Source: Anaeramoeba ignava BMAN (Eukaryota > Protista > Anaeramoebae). From it: a DNA stretch of 64,000 nucleotides. The notes beneath the pieces are model-generated. The model ran no database searches and was not told where the DNA came from. It was given only the letters and a program-made list of their open reading frames with translations. The stretch is taken from the NCBI GenBank assembly GCA_028826165.1, contig JAPDFW010000055.1, positions 372,001 to 436,000 of the forward strand. The letters run 5' to 3'. Below are positions 51,587 to 63,800 of this stretch, piece by piece. The first letter of the stretch is position 1; each line of letters opens with the position of its first letter. The position numbers and the translations under genes were made by a program.

Positions 51587-54500
51587 TTAGTTTAAATTTT
51601 CATTTTTATTCTCTTTTTCTTTTGATTTTTCTTTTGATTTTTCTTTTGATTTTTTATTCTCTTTTGATTTTTCTTTTGATTTTTCTTTTGATTCATTTGA
51701 TTCATTTGGATTATTTTCTAAAATGGAATTTAAATCTAAATTTTGATTTTGTAATTTCAATAAAATAAAATTATCAATTTTATCTCGAATTTCCATTTGA
51801 TTTTGAAGTTTAGTTTTTAAATCATCAAGCATTGATTTCAACTCAAAATTTTTTGCAGCTAATCTAAATCTATATTTCCTTTCACTATCGAGTGTTTTAA
51901 CAAGTGAATCAAGTTCACTTTTAATTTTATGTTTTTTCATTTCTTCTTGAGTTGATATTGTTTTTGTTTTCATAAGTTTATCATTTTGTTTAGGTGCATA
52001 ATTAGATATCAATTCAACATAAGATGATGGAATTAATCCTTCTTGTCCGTTAGGTAATTTTGCTTTCCACCAATCGGGATTACTTTTATCAAGAATTTCC
52101 AATATTTCTTCAGGATGAATTGTTAGATCTTCTTTTTCATCTCCAATAAATTCGTAAATTACTTTTGCAAAATCTGGATGATAATTTTTTTCAACATTCT
52201 ATTTAATTTTTTATCCGATTTTAATTTTAATTTATAATTTTCATTTATAATTTTAATTTTAATTTTTTATCCGATTTTAATTTTAATTTTAATTTTAATT
52301 TTAATTTATAATTTTAATTTTAATTTTAATTTTTAATTTTAATTTTTAATTTTAATTTTAATTTTAATTTTAATTTTTAATTTTTAATTTTTATCCGATT
52401 TTAATTTTGATTTATAATTTTAATTTTAATTTATAATTTTAATTTTAATTTATAATTTTAATTTATAATTTTAATTTTAATTTTTAATTTTGAATTTTAA
52501 TTTTGATTAGTTATACTTCAAATAAATATTCTTGTTCTGATATTAAAAGGGATGTAATTTGGAATTGAGCTGGTGTATCAAATACAACATTTCGTTCTGT
52601 ATTTGGATTTATAAGAACATTTGGTCCAAAAATCATTGCAAGATTTTCTAATTTCATTTTATTTTGATTTGCATGTAAAGTAACATTGTATAAATGATGA
52701 AACAGTATTTTGCACACTTCAAAATGAGATTGAGGAAGTGAATGAATTAATTGCTTTAATTTTTCCATTTTTATCCATTTTTCTTGAATATCTTTTCATT
52801 TATGAATTTTGATTTTAATTTAATTTTAATTTTAAATGAATTTTAATTTGAATTTTAATTGAATTTTAAATGAATTTTATTTGAATTTTTATCCGATTTT
52901 AAATTAATTTTAATTTGAATTTTAATTGAATTTTAATTGAATTTTAATTGAACTTTAAATGAATTTTAATTGAATTTTAATTGTGCTTACTTTCAAGTGC
53001 TGAAAATTTTTCATAAAATTCAAATGTTAATAATGGTTCTTTTAATTCTCTCAAATATAATTTTAAAAGATCAGGAGCATCATAAGGAGAATTTGATAAA
53101 GATTTAATATTTACATCATCAGCTGAATTTTTAATGAATTTTAAAAAGAAATAAAAAGAAAATACAAATATTTTTGAATATAAAATAATTTGTTTAAATT
53201 GAATGAATTTTTATATTGAATTTTTAATTCATTAAATAATTTTTAATTTTAATTTATTTTTAATTTACTTCCTGATTGAATTTTAAATGAATTTTAATCA
53301 ATTTTAATTTAATTTTTAAATTTGATTAAAAATATATATATATATATATGAATTTTAAAAATTTTATTCCGATTTTAAATTTTTTTCTATTATTTTTGTT
53401 GAATTTTAAATAAAATTTTATTTTGTTCTTTTAATTAAAATTTATTGAATTTTAGTTTGAATTTTAAATTATATGATTGAATTTTTAATTGAATTTCCTC
53501 TATAAAGAGCTGATAAAATAGAATTTTTCCAAAATTGAATTGGAAGTATTTTTTTATCTTTTCCTTTTATTTTTGATTTTGAATTTAATTTTTAATTGAA
53601 TTTTTAATTATGAATTTTAATAAATTTAATTTTTTTAGGTTTTTGGATTTAAATTTAAAATTTTTGGTTTTTCTTCTTTTTAATTATGAATTTTATTGAA
53701 TTTTAATATTTTCAATATCTTGATTAAAAAGAATTTTTATTGAATTTTATCAAGATGTTCTTTTAGATGAGAAAATTGAATTTAAATTAAATTTTAAATT
53801 GAATTTTTGAATTTTTAATTTTTTAATTTTTTACCATTTTTATATAATTTTAAATGAATTTTGATTTGATTTTAATTCCAATTTTTAATTTAGATTAATT
53901 TTGTTGTGAAGTGCTGAAAATTTTTCATAAAATTCAAATGTTAATAATGGTTCTTTTAATTCTCTCAAATATAATTTTAAAAGATCAGGAGCATCATAAG
54001 GAGAATTTGATAAAGATTTCATATTTACATCATCAGCTAAAAAAGAAATAAAAAGAAAATACAAATATTTTTTGAATATAAAAATAATTTGTTTAAATTG
54101 AATGAATTTTTTTATATTCAAAATTTACATTCATTAAATAATTTTTTTAATTCTTCAATTTTTTGTTTACTTCCTGATTGACGATAAATTCCTTCATCAT
54201 CCAAACCTATATTTTGAATTAATTTGATTAAAAATATATATATATATTGATTTGAAAAAATTTTATTCCACTTTTTTTTCTATTATTTTTTTGTTGAAAT
54301 AAATAAAAGTCTACTTTGTTCTTCTATAAAATTTATAGTTTGTGAAATTATATGAGGAACTTTTAGTGGTCGATTTCCTCTATAAAGAGCTGATAAAATA
54401 GTATTTCCAAAAACAGGTGGAAGTATTTCTTTATCTTTTTTCTTTTTATTTTTTTTGATTTTGAATTTAATTTTTAATTATTTTGATTATAATCATAAAA

Positions 54501-55578
54501 TTTACTTTAGGTTTTTTTTTTGGATTTAAATTTAAAATTTGTGGTTTTTTTTCTTCTTTTTTAATTATGATATATTTATCTTCTATATTTTCAATATCTT
54601 GATTAAAAAAGCTTTTATTGTTATCAAGATGTTCTTTTAGATGAGAAAAAAAGGATTTAAATTAAATTTAAATTAAATTTGATTTTTAATTTTTAAATTT
54701 TACCATTATTATATAAAATTAAATAATTGATTTGATTATCAATTCCAATTTGTTCACAAATTAGATTAAATTGTTGTGAAATAGTTAATTTTTCATCAAT
54801 CGAAATAATATATTCATCTCCACAATAAATCATTTTAATTTTTTTAGTTAACTTAGTTTTGAATTCTACAACTTCCTATTAAACATAATTTAATATTAAA
54901 TTATATATTATATATTATATTATATATTATAAATTATATTAAATTATATTATATATTAAATTATGTATTAAATTATGTATTAAATTATGTATTAAATTAT
55001 GTATTAAATTATATATTAAATTATATATTAAATTATATATTAAATTATTTATTATATTATAAATTAAATTGTTTTAAATTATATATTATAAATTATATAT
55101 TAAATTATGTATTAAATTATATATTAAATTGTTTTGAATTTTGTTTTGAATTTTGTATTAAATTATATATTAAATTATTTTAAATTATTATTTTTAAATT
55201 TTGTATTAAATTATATATTAAATTATTTTAAATTTTGTTTTGAATTTTGTTTTAAATTTTGTATTAAATTGTTTTGAATTATATTAAATTGTTTTGAAAA
55301 TTTTGTTAAATTTTTTGTTAAATTTTGTAATAGAATTGAATTAGGAAAAATAAACAAACTTCTTTCCAAAGTTCATAACTAAAAAGAGTACGTTCATCTT
55401 CAAGCCAAAAACCCTTATCAGAAGGACAAAAAAGACCATAACCTGTTGGATCACCAAGTTTTTCATCTTCACAAATAATTTTTTTTACTTCTTTAATTTG
55501 AGTAATTGGAGTGAATTTAAGCATTCTAAATTTTTTATGATAAGGAAAATAAAGCTTTAAAAGAAATAGACTTGCCAT
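51587..55578 (-). CDS. RhoGAP with N-terminal talin F0/F1-like ubiquitin-fold domains, SH3 and C-terminal coiled coil; multi-exon
   Basis: YGLFCPSDKGFWLEDERTLFSY (talin F0-like); GLDDEGIYRQSGS with arginine finger, LLKLYLRELKEPLLTF, NKMKLENLAMIFGPNV; SH3 DWWKAKLPNGQEGLIPSSYVE. Confidence 0.85.
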
Positions 55579-55825
55579 TATTTAAAGATTAAAAGATTAA
55601 AAGATTAAAAGATTAAAAAGAAGAAAAAAATTAAAAAAAAAAATGAAAAAAAAAATGAGAAAAAAATTTTCCAATTATTTTTTTCTTTTTTTTAATAAAT
55701 TAAAATTAAAAAAAAGTTCTTATTCTTTTTCTTTTTTTTATTTTCTTTCTAAATTTTTTATTATTTTTTGAATTTATTTTTTTCATTTTTCTTCTTCTTC
55801 TTAAAAAACAAAATTTAATCTAAAA

Positions 55826-58430
55826 ATGAATGAAACTAAAATAAAAAAATCAAATGATCAAAATAACACAAAAAAACAACAAAAATCGCTTAATTGGAAT
55901 GAAATGAGTTTACTTTATAAAATTTTTATGGTTTTAATTGGGATTATTTTTTCACCATTAATTTTAATCTATTATTCCCCAAGAATTTTGAAATTTCTAA
56001 TAAAAAAATTCCTTAAACTTATTCGCTTTATTTTGAAAGATATAATTATTGCAACTTTTAAATGGATTGTAAACAAATCGGTTGAACTTTACAAAAAATT
56101 CAAAAACCAAATTTTTGCTTTCTTTCACTTTTTATTCAAAAAAATTGTTCATTTTCTTTATTTATTTTGGAAAAAAATCATCTTCCCTTTTTCAAAATTC
56201 TTATATGAAAAAATCTTAATTCGATCTCTCCTTTTTGTAAAAAGAATATTGCTGAATTTTTGGGTTTATTTTTACAAATACTTTGTTAAAAAATTTCTCA
56301 AAATTTTGTTCAAAATCCCAGAATTTATTGATAAAATTTTAATCGGTTTTTTCACTTTTATTTACGAAAAAATTATCACAAAATGTCTTGATTTTTTTGG
56401 CAAAATTTTTGATTTTTTTGTTCGGATTATTGCTGTTTATCTTTACAAAAAATTTCTTTTGAAAATATTCAAAACATTATTCAATTATATCAAAAAGATT
56501 GTTGTTCAATTCCCCAAAAAAATATTTTCTTATATGCTTATTCTACTTGAAAAAATTATTGCTTTCATTGAAAAATGGATCTTCATCAAAATTCCAAAGT
56601 TCATTTACAACCAAATTATACTCAAATTACGGAAAATGTTGAAAGATTCAAAAAAAATGTTGAAATACTTGATCAAATTCATCATAAAACTTCCAAGTCT
56701 TATTTTCTTCAAATTACCAAAATGGCTGTATATTAAAGTGATAAAACCAACATACCAACAATCAAAAAGAATTTTAACTTGGATATTTGTTAAGCATCTT
56801 TCTCCTTTATATTTCAAAGTGATAAAACCGATTTATGAAATTGTCAAAAAAATCTCACTTTGGATTTATGCCAAAATTCTTCTCCCTTTCCTTGTCAAAT
56901 TTATCAAACCAATTTTTCTGTTTGCAAAAAAAATCATGATTTGGATTTGGATCAAATTCCCTGAGTTCTATTCAAAAATTTTCATTCCAACAATCAAATT
57001 TCTGTTCAAAACTGCAAAATATATTTTCATTCAACTTCCCAAAACGATTGAGACTTATATTCTCTTAAAATTACCAGAAATTTGGGTTTTTCTTAAAAAA
57101 TGGATTTTTATTTACATCTCCAAAAGAATTTACAATAATATTCTTTTACCGATATTCAATTTTTACAAGAGATTTAGAAAACTCATTTTCATCAAAATTC
57201 CAAATTTCTTTTATTTAAAGTTGATCAAGCCTATTTTCAATTTTTTCAAGAAAATATCAAAATTCATTTTCATTACCATTCCAAGATTTTTCTATTTAAA
57301 TGTGATCAAACGCTTTTCCAAATTTTTCAAAACAATTTTCATTATCATTCCAAAAAAGATTTTCTACAAAATTCGGGAGCCAATATTAAAAATTTGTCAA
57401 ATCCTTTACAAATGGATTTTCATTTATCTTCCCAAAAAAATTTATTATGGAATTCTTCTTCAAATGCTTCATTTTTGGAAAAAGTCAAAAAGATATATTT
57501 TTATTGAATTACCAAAATTATTTTATTTTAAAGTTATGAAACCAATAGGAATATTCTTAAAGAAAATTTCCAAATTGATTTTTATCGATATTCCAAAATT
57601 ATTTTATTTTAAAGTTATAAAACCATTAGGGATATTCTTAAAGAAAATTTCAAAAATAATTTTTATCGATTACTCAAAAAAAATTTATTTTTCAACATTA
57701 AAACCATTAGGAATATTCTTAAAGAAAATTTTCCAAAATAATTTTTATTGAATTACCTAAAAAATTTTATATTTCCACTTTAAAACCATTAGGAATATTC
57801 TTGAAGAAAAATTCCAAAATAATTTTTATTGAATTACCTAAAAAACTTTATATTTCCACTTTAAAACCATTAAAACCATTAAAGGAATTTTCAAAAATTG
57901 AAGAAAAATTCCTAAAAAATATTTTTTATTGAATTACCTAAAAAACTTTATATTTCCACTTTAAAACCATTAGGAATATTCTTGAAGAAAAATTCCAAAA
58001 TAATTTTTATTGAATTACCTAAAAACTTTTTATTTCCACTTTAAAACCATTAGGAATATTCTTAAAGAAAAATTCGAATTTGATTTTTATTGAATTTCCA
58101 AAAAAGATTTTTGCTCATATTATCAAACCAGGTGGAACATTGATGAAAAATTTAATTGCATTTTTCAAACTCCAAGTTTTTAAACCATCAAAAATATTTT
58201 TCCGATTTTTAATTTCAAAAATCAAAGAAACATTTAATTTTATCAAAAATGAATTTATTCCTAATGTTGTTAAACCAATAATCAAAAACTTAATTGCTTT
58301 TAAAAATTCAACTTTTGAATTTTTTGTTTCTGTCAAAAATTCTTTAGTTTCTCTTTATTTTCAAGTTTACCAATTTATTACCAATTTTGTTAAAAAATTT
58401 ACAACTAAAAAAGAAGTTAAAAAAAAATAA
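55826..58430 (+). CDS. Uncharacterised cationic/hydrophobic protein with 27-aa proline-punctuated repeats; frameshifts at 57730-58080
   Basis: 641-aa ORF continues through 81-bp repeats into ORF 58080-58430; Inr-like motif and A-rich ATG context upstream. Confidence 0.7.
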
Positions 58431-58494
58431 TTCATTTTGATTAAAATTAAAATAAATCCAAAAATTCATTTTTCATTTTTTTTCTTTTTCAAAA

Positions 58495-60279
58495 ATGAAT
58501 GGTTGTTTATTTTTTGGTTCAAATAAATTTCCAATTCTTTTCAAAAATAAACCATATAAAATAACAACACCAATTCAATTTAAATTTGAAAATGAAAATG
58601 AAAATGAAAATGAAAATGAAAATGAAAAACAAATTAAACAAATTTCAACATCAAATTTTTCAACAATTTTCCTTTTTGAAAATGGAAAAGCAATAGAATA
58701 TTTAAATGAAAATGATTCAAAACAAAATCCTCAAAAAATCCAAATTGAAGAAAATATTCAAAAAGTAACTGTTGGTTTTCAAAATGAAGCTATTTTAACA
58801 AAAGAAGGAAATGTATTTGCCAAAGGATATGATATTAATTCAAAAAATCCAAAAGAATTTATCAATATTTCATCATTAATTGAAGATACAAATGATAGAA
58901 TAATTCAAGATATTGTTTCTGGAGCTGAATTCAATTTACTTATTAACTTCAAATCAAAATGCTTATGGAATTGGTTCAAATCAATAGGTCAACTTGGTTT
59001 AGATTCTGAAACACTTAAAGAAACAGAAAAGCCAATTTTAATGATGAAAAATATTTCTAAAATATTTTCAGGAAATACTTCAGCTTGTGTTTTTCTTTTA
59101 AATTCAAATCAAGAATTATTTGGATGTGGTGATAATGATTATAATCAAATTGGATTAGGAGAATCAAGAAAAGAACAATGGCAAATCCAAAAATTAACCA
59201 AAATCCAAAATATTCCAAAAGGTAAAATAATTGATATTCAATCTGGATTTTACCATTCAATAATGTTGATTGAAAATGAAAATGAAAATCCAAAAAGAAA
59301 ACTTTATTCATGTGGAAATCATAGCCGGAATGGACTTGGCAAAGATGAAGAAGATGCTTATGAATTTACTGAAATCAAATCATCTTTATTTGAAGAAAAT
59401 GATGATAATATTCTTGATTTTTCTGTTGGAAATGCTCATACTTTGATTTTAACTTCTAATTCAAAATTAATTGTATTTGGTCATAATTCCTATGGTGAAT
59501 TAGGAACTGGATATACAATAAATCAATCAATTCCAATTCAAACTAAACTTCCTGAATTAAGATTTAATGAAGATATTTCTAATTATCATATTTCTTGTGG
59601 ATTTAATAAATCATTTATTTATTATTCTCTTTCTCCTTTTTCCAATCTTGAAGAAGATTTGATAAAATTATTTGAAAGAAAAGAATTTTGTAATATTTCA
59701 TTTAAAACAGAAAATGGAGAAATAATCAAAGCTCATAAATTAATATTGAAATATAGATTAAATCAAAATGAAAATCAAATTGAAAAACTTCAAGAAATTA
59801 TTTCAAAAAAATCAATTAAAGAATCAAATCAAATATTTGAAATGATTTATTCAAACAGAATAATAAATCCAAAATTATATTTTGAAATTAAAGAAATTAT
59901 AAATTCAAATGAAAAAATTGAAGAAACAATTAAAAGAATTTATTTAAATAAAAATGAAAAAGATTTTATTATTGAAAGAAAAGAAAAACAATATAAATTC
60001 CCTAAATTAATATTAATAATGAGAAGTGAATTATATCGAGGAATGTTTTTATCTGTAACAAATGATAAATCTAATAAAGTTACAGATTATAGTGAATTAA
60101 GTAATAAATCATTTCAAATATTTGAATATTGGATTTATTCAAATCAAATTAAAGATGAAATTCAAATTACACAAGAAATAATTGATGAAATTCAAATTGG
60201 AATTGATTATTTTCAATTAAATCAAACAAATCCAAATTTATTTGATTTATTAATTAACAAATTTAATAATCAAAATTAA
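58495..60279 (+). CDS. RCC1-repeat plus tandem BTB domain protein, paralogue of 9152-11243
   Basis: Long identical stretches with the first copy; two compensating indels at ~58928-58986. Confidence 0.9.
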   Translation: MNGCLFFGSNKFPILFKNKPYKITTPIQFKFENENENENENENEKQIKQISTSNFSTIFLFENGKAIEYLNENDSKQNPQKIQIEENIQKVTVGFQNEAILTKEGNVFAKGYDINSKNPKEFINISSLIEDTNDRIIQDIVSGAEFNLLINFKSKCLWNWFKSIGQLGLDSETLKETEKPILMMKNISKIFSGNTSACVFLLNSNQELFGCGDNDYNQIGLGESRKEQWQIQKLTKIQNIPKGKIIDIQSGFYHSIMLIENENENPKRKLYSCGNHSRNGLGKDEEDAYEFTEIKSSLFEENDDNILDFSVGNAHTLILTSNSKLIVFGHNSYGELGTGYTINQSIPIQTKLPELRFNEDISNYHISCGFNKSFIYYSLSPFSNLEEDLIKLFERKEFCNISFKTENGEIIKAHKLILKYRLNQNENQIEKLQEIISKKSIKESNQIFEMIYSNRIINPKLYFEIKEIINSNEKIEETIKRIYLNKNEKDFIIERKEKQYKFPKLILIMRSELYRGMFLSVTNDKSNKVTDYSELSNKSFQIFEYWIYSNQIKDEIQITQEIIDEIQIGIDYFQLNQTNPNLFDLLINKFNNQN

Positions 60280-60874
60280 AATTAAAATCAAAATCAAAAT
60301 TAAAATTAAAATTAAAATTAACATTAATTTATTAATAAATTGATTTAAAACATGATAAGAATTGAGGAAAAATGTTTCAAAATAGCAAAAAAAGGGGGAT
60401 GTTTTTAAAAAGGAAAAAAAGTTTATTTATTCAAAAAAAAAAAGAAGACAATTTTTTTTTTGAATAAATTAAATTTAGAAAAAGAAAGAATAGTTCAAGA
60501 ATAAATAAAAATTTACTTCTTTTCAAAGATTTTCAACGAATTCAATTAAAAAGAATTGATTTTTTTAATTTTATTTTAAATTGTTTAAAATAAAAAGAAA
60601 GTAGATATTTTCATTTTTAAAAAGAACTTGAATAGAAAATTAAAGAAAAATATAAAAAGGATTTAATAAAGTTGTGTTTTTTCTTGGAAGAAATGAAAAG
60701 TAGACATAATTTTTTTTGATCAACAAGAAAAAAAAAAAAAAGAAAATAAATAAAAATTTAATTGTGGGCAAAAAAAAGCTTAAAAGAAATTTGATTAAGA
60801 GAAAAAATAGAATCATTTATCTCTTGTTTTCTATCTTTTTTTAAAGCTTTTTCTTATTTTTTTTTTCAGGAAAG

Positions 60875-63800
60875 ATGAAAAACAAATGTTCTAAATTCTG
60901 GAAAAAAGTGTTTAAATGGATTGGCAAACCTCAATTTCTTGATTTTGTTGGAGATGATGTTATTTGGCGCACAATGACTATTCTTTTTCTTGCAAGCTTT
61001 TTCATTTTTACTTTTGGTATTGCAATCAGATATTTACTTGAAGGATTAGATTTAAGGGAAGATAAAATTGCAACAAAGTAAGAGGGAGAAAAAAAATTTT
61101 TTTTAGCTTTTTTCTTTTTTCATCTGTTTAACTTTTTTGTTTAATTTGATTTTAGTCTAGCTTTCTTCAAATTCCCAAATGAAACTGAAGTTTTTTATGG
61201 ACAACCAATCTCTGCTGAAGTAAAACCATTTCTTTTTTTACTTTTTGTTTATTCTTTGGTTTTTTTAATTTATTTTTTTTGTTTTATTCTTTTTGATAAT
61301 AGTTAAGAGTTTTCAAAAAGTTTAAATCAGATGGAATTTTTGATTGTGCAGTTTCTGTTCGAGCTTCTTCTTTTGATTCAGTTGAAAAAGAATCTGATTT
61401 CAGTTTATTGGAATTAAGAGAAAAAATCAAATCAGATCCTCAATTATTTGGAGGTTTAACTCAATATTCAGATCAAGATGGAATTGTGAAGTTTTCAGAT
61501 ATTTCAATCATTTCAGGTTCAAGTAATACAGTGAAATTAACTTTTTCTTCAAATTGTAATTGGAAAAATGAATTAGATTTATCAGGTCCAAGTAAGAATA
61601 ATAAATTTAAATAAATATTCTTTTTTCACTTATTAAAATTCTTTCTTTTTCAATTTCTAATAGATCGGAAAATTAATTTGGGATATGACTCAAATGGCTC
61701 AGAAATTGAATTTCCAGTTACAATGAAATCAAAAAGTAAGAAATATCCTTCTTATTTTCACAATCAAATACTTATTTTTCTTTTTCTTTTTCATTTTCAT
61801 TATTTTAGTTAAACATTTTCATCTACTCAATAATGATTCAATAAACAAAGGAACTTTTGATTATGGAGAAGAGATTTTATTGGTTATGAATATTACTAAC
61901 AAAGAGGAATTTTCGGATTCAGAATTAGAAGGAATAACATTTTCATTTGTTCCAGGAAATCGTTCTTTAGTTTATGCAGAATATGAAGCTTATGGTAAAA
62001 ATAAATTTTAATTTTGATTTTGATTTTGATTTTGATTTTAATTTTAATTTTAATTTTGATTTTGATTTTGATTTTTTGAAATAGCTGTTTATGAATTAGT
62101 AGATTACTCTTTGGATGGAAATGGATATGGAAATAACATTATCAAATTTCTTGGATCAACCTCAACAAAAATGAGATTTACATCATTTGCTCAAGGAGTT
62201 CAATTATCTTCTGAAGATGCTTTGGGAAATGATGTTGAAGGATATTTTGAACTTAATTTCACAACAAAAGGTTTGATTTGTTAATTCAATTTTCTTTCTT
62301 TGTTTTTTGTTCACTTGTTTTGTTTTTCTTCTTATTCAAATTTTGAAAATAGTGAAAAGTGTTGGAATTTCCCAAAATGGATCCTTATCTGTTAAAGAAG
62401 ATGAAAAGTTTTCAACACCATGGATTATTTCTGTTAAAGATGAAAATGATTTTCCAATTCCAAATAAACCTGTTTTTGCTAAAATTTCAGGATTCTGTGG
62501 GGTTGAAATTTCGGAAGATCAACAAATATATGTGGATGAAAAGAGGCTTGAGAACTCTTTGGTTTTTACAGATGAATTAGGAAAGTAAGAAAAATCCAAA
62601 AAAATTTTTGTTTTTTTCATTTTGGAATTTGATTTTAAATTTTTTTTTTAGTGCCATTTTCACAGATCTCAAGTTTTCTCTTTCGGGGACTACATATTCA
62701 TTTTGTGGATTTCAAATCAAATTCATTAGTGATGGAGTTTCTGTTGTAACTGATGATATTCAAGTTAATTCATCCATTTCAAAAATGGTTTGGACAAATC
62801 AAATGACTAAGTTAGAAATTTTCTACACTTCACAGATGGGTGCAGATTCTTGGCCTGTTGTTCAAGTTCAAGATGAATTAGGGAAAGGAATTGCTAATAA
62901 ATTCATCAATTTCGAAATCTCAAATTTTACCTTTAATCCTTCCTATTTTCAAACTGATCAAAATGGATTTGCTTTGATTCATACAGATATTGCCCATATG
63001 GGACTTGTTGAAGATTACTCAGAACAAATTTATGATGTGTGGATTGATAATTATATTTCAGAAACATTCCCAGTTAATGTAACAAATGGTTTTGTTTTTC
63101 AAGATCCAAGAAGAATTTCGATTCTGAATTTGAATTCAACAATTAGATCAGGAGAAATATTGAATTTGGATGTTATTGTCGAAGATTTCTATGGAGATAT
63201 TATCGAAGATGATTGGTATGTCACTGCTTTTGTTAGACCTCAAGATGTTGCTCTTGGATATTTAATTATTCCTGAAGAAGGATATTGGCAAATTTCAAAT
63301 GGATCTGGAACAATTTCAACAAGAATATTTGGAAAGGCAGTGAAGACTCAATTTTGTTTAATTGTTTCAAGATATGAAATCCCTGATCCGAATCATGGCG
63401 AGTGTTGGGATTGCTTCACTTTGGTAATGACAAATGATGTAGAAGAAGTTGAGATTAGTTATTCTCCTGATGTTGATAATTATTTTATTCCACACCAAAC
63501 TTTTGGAAATGAATCCATTCGAGTAAAAGTATCTGGAAATAATCTTACAGGAACAGATGTAACAGTTCATGTAGCTGCTTTGAATGCATGGGATCCTTAT
63601 TTTGATATTTTTGGATTAAATTCAAGTTATCGAGCTCGAAATTTAACAAATGTTCTATTTGAATCAAACTACACTTTAGATGGAAATAGTAATTTAATTT
63701 AATTTAATTTAATTTTTTTTAATTTTTTTCTTCTTATTAATTTTTTTTTTTGGATTTTTTAGATGAATTGATTTTAGATGATTTTGTGATTAACGACCAA

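Noticed and set aside
864-58430. Programmed ribosomal frameshifting or mass pseudogenisation
   Set aside because: Breaks fall mostly in homopolymer or repeat tracts in many unrelated genes, and a compensated pair is visible; sequencing indels are more parsimonious
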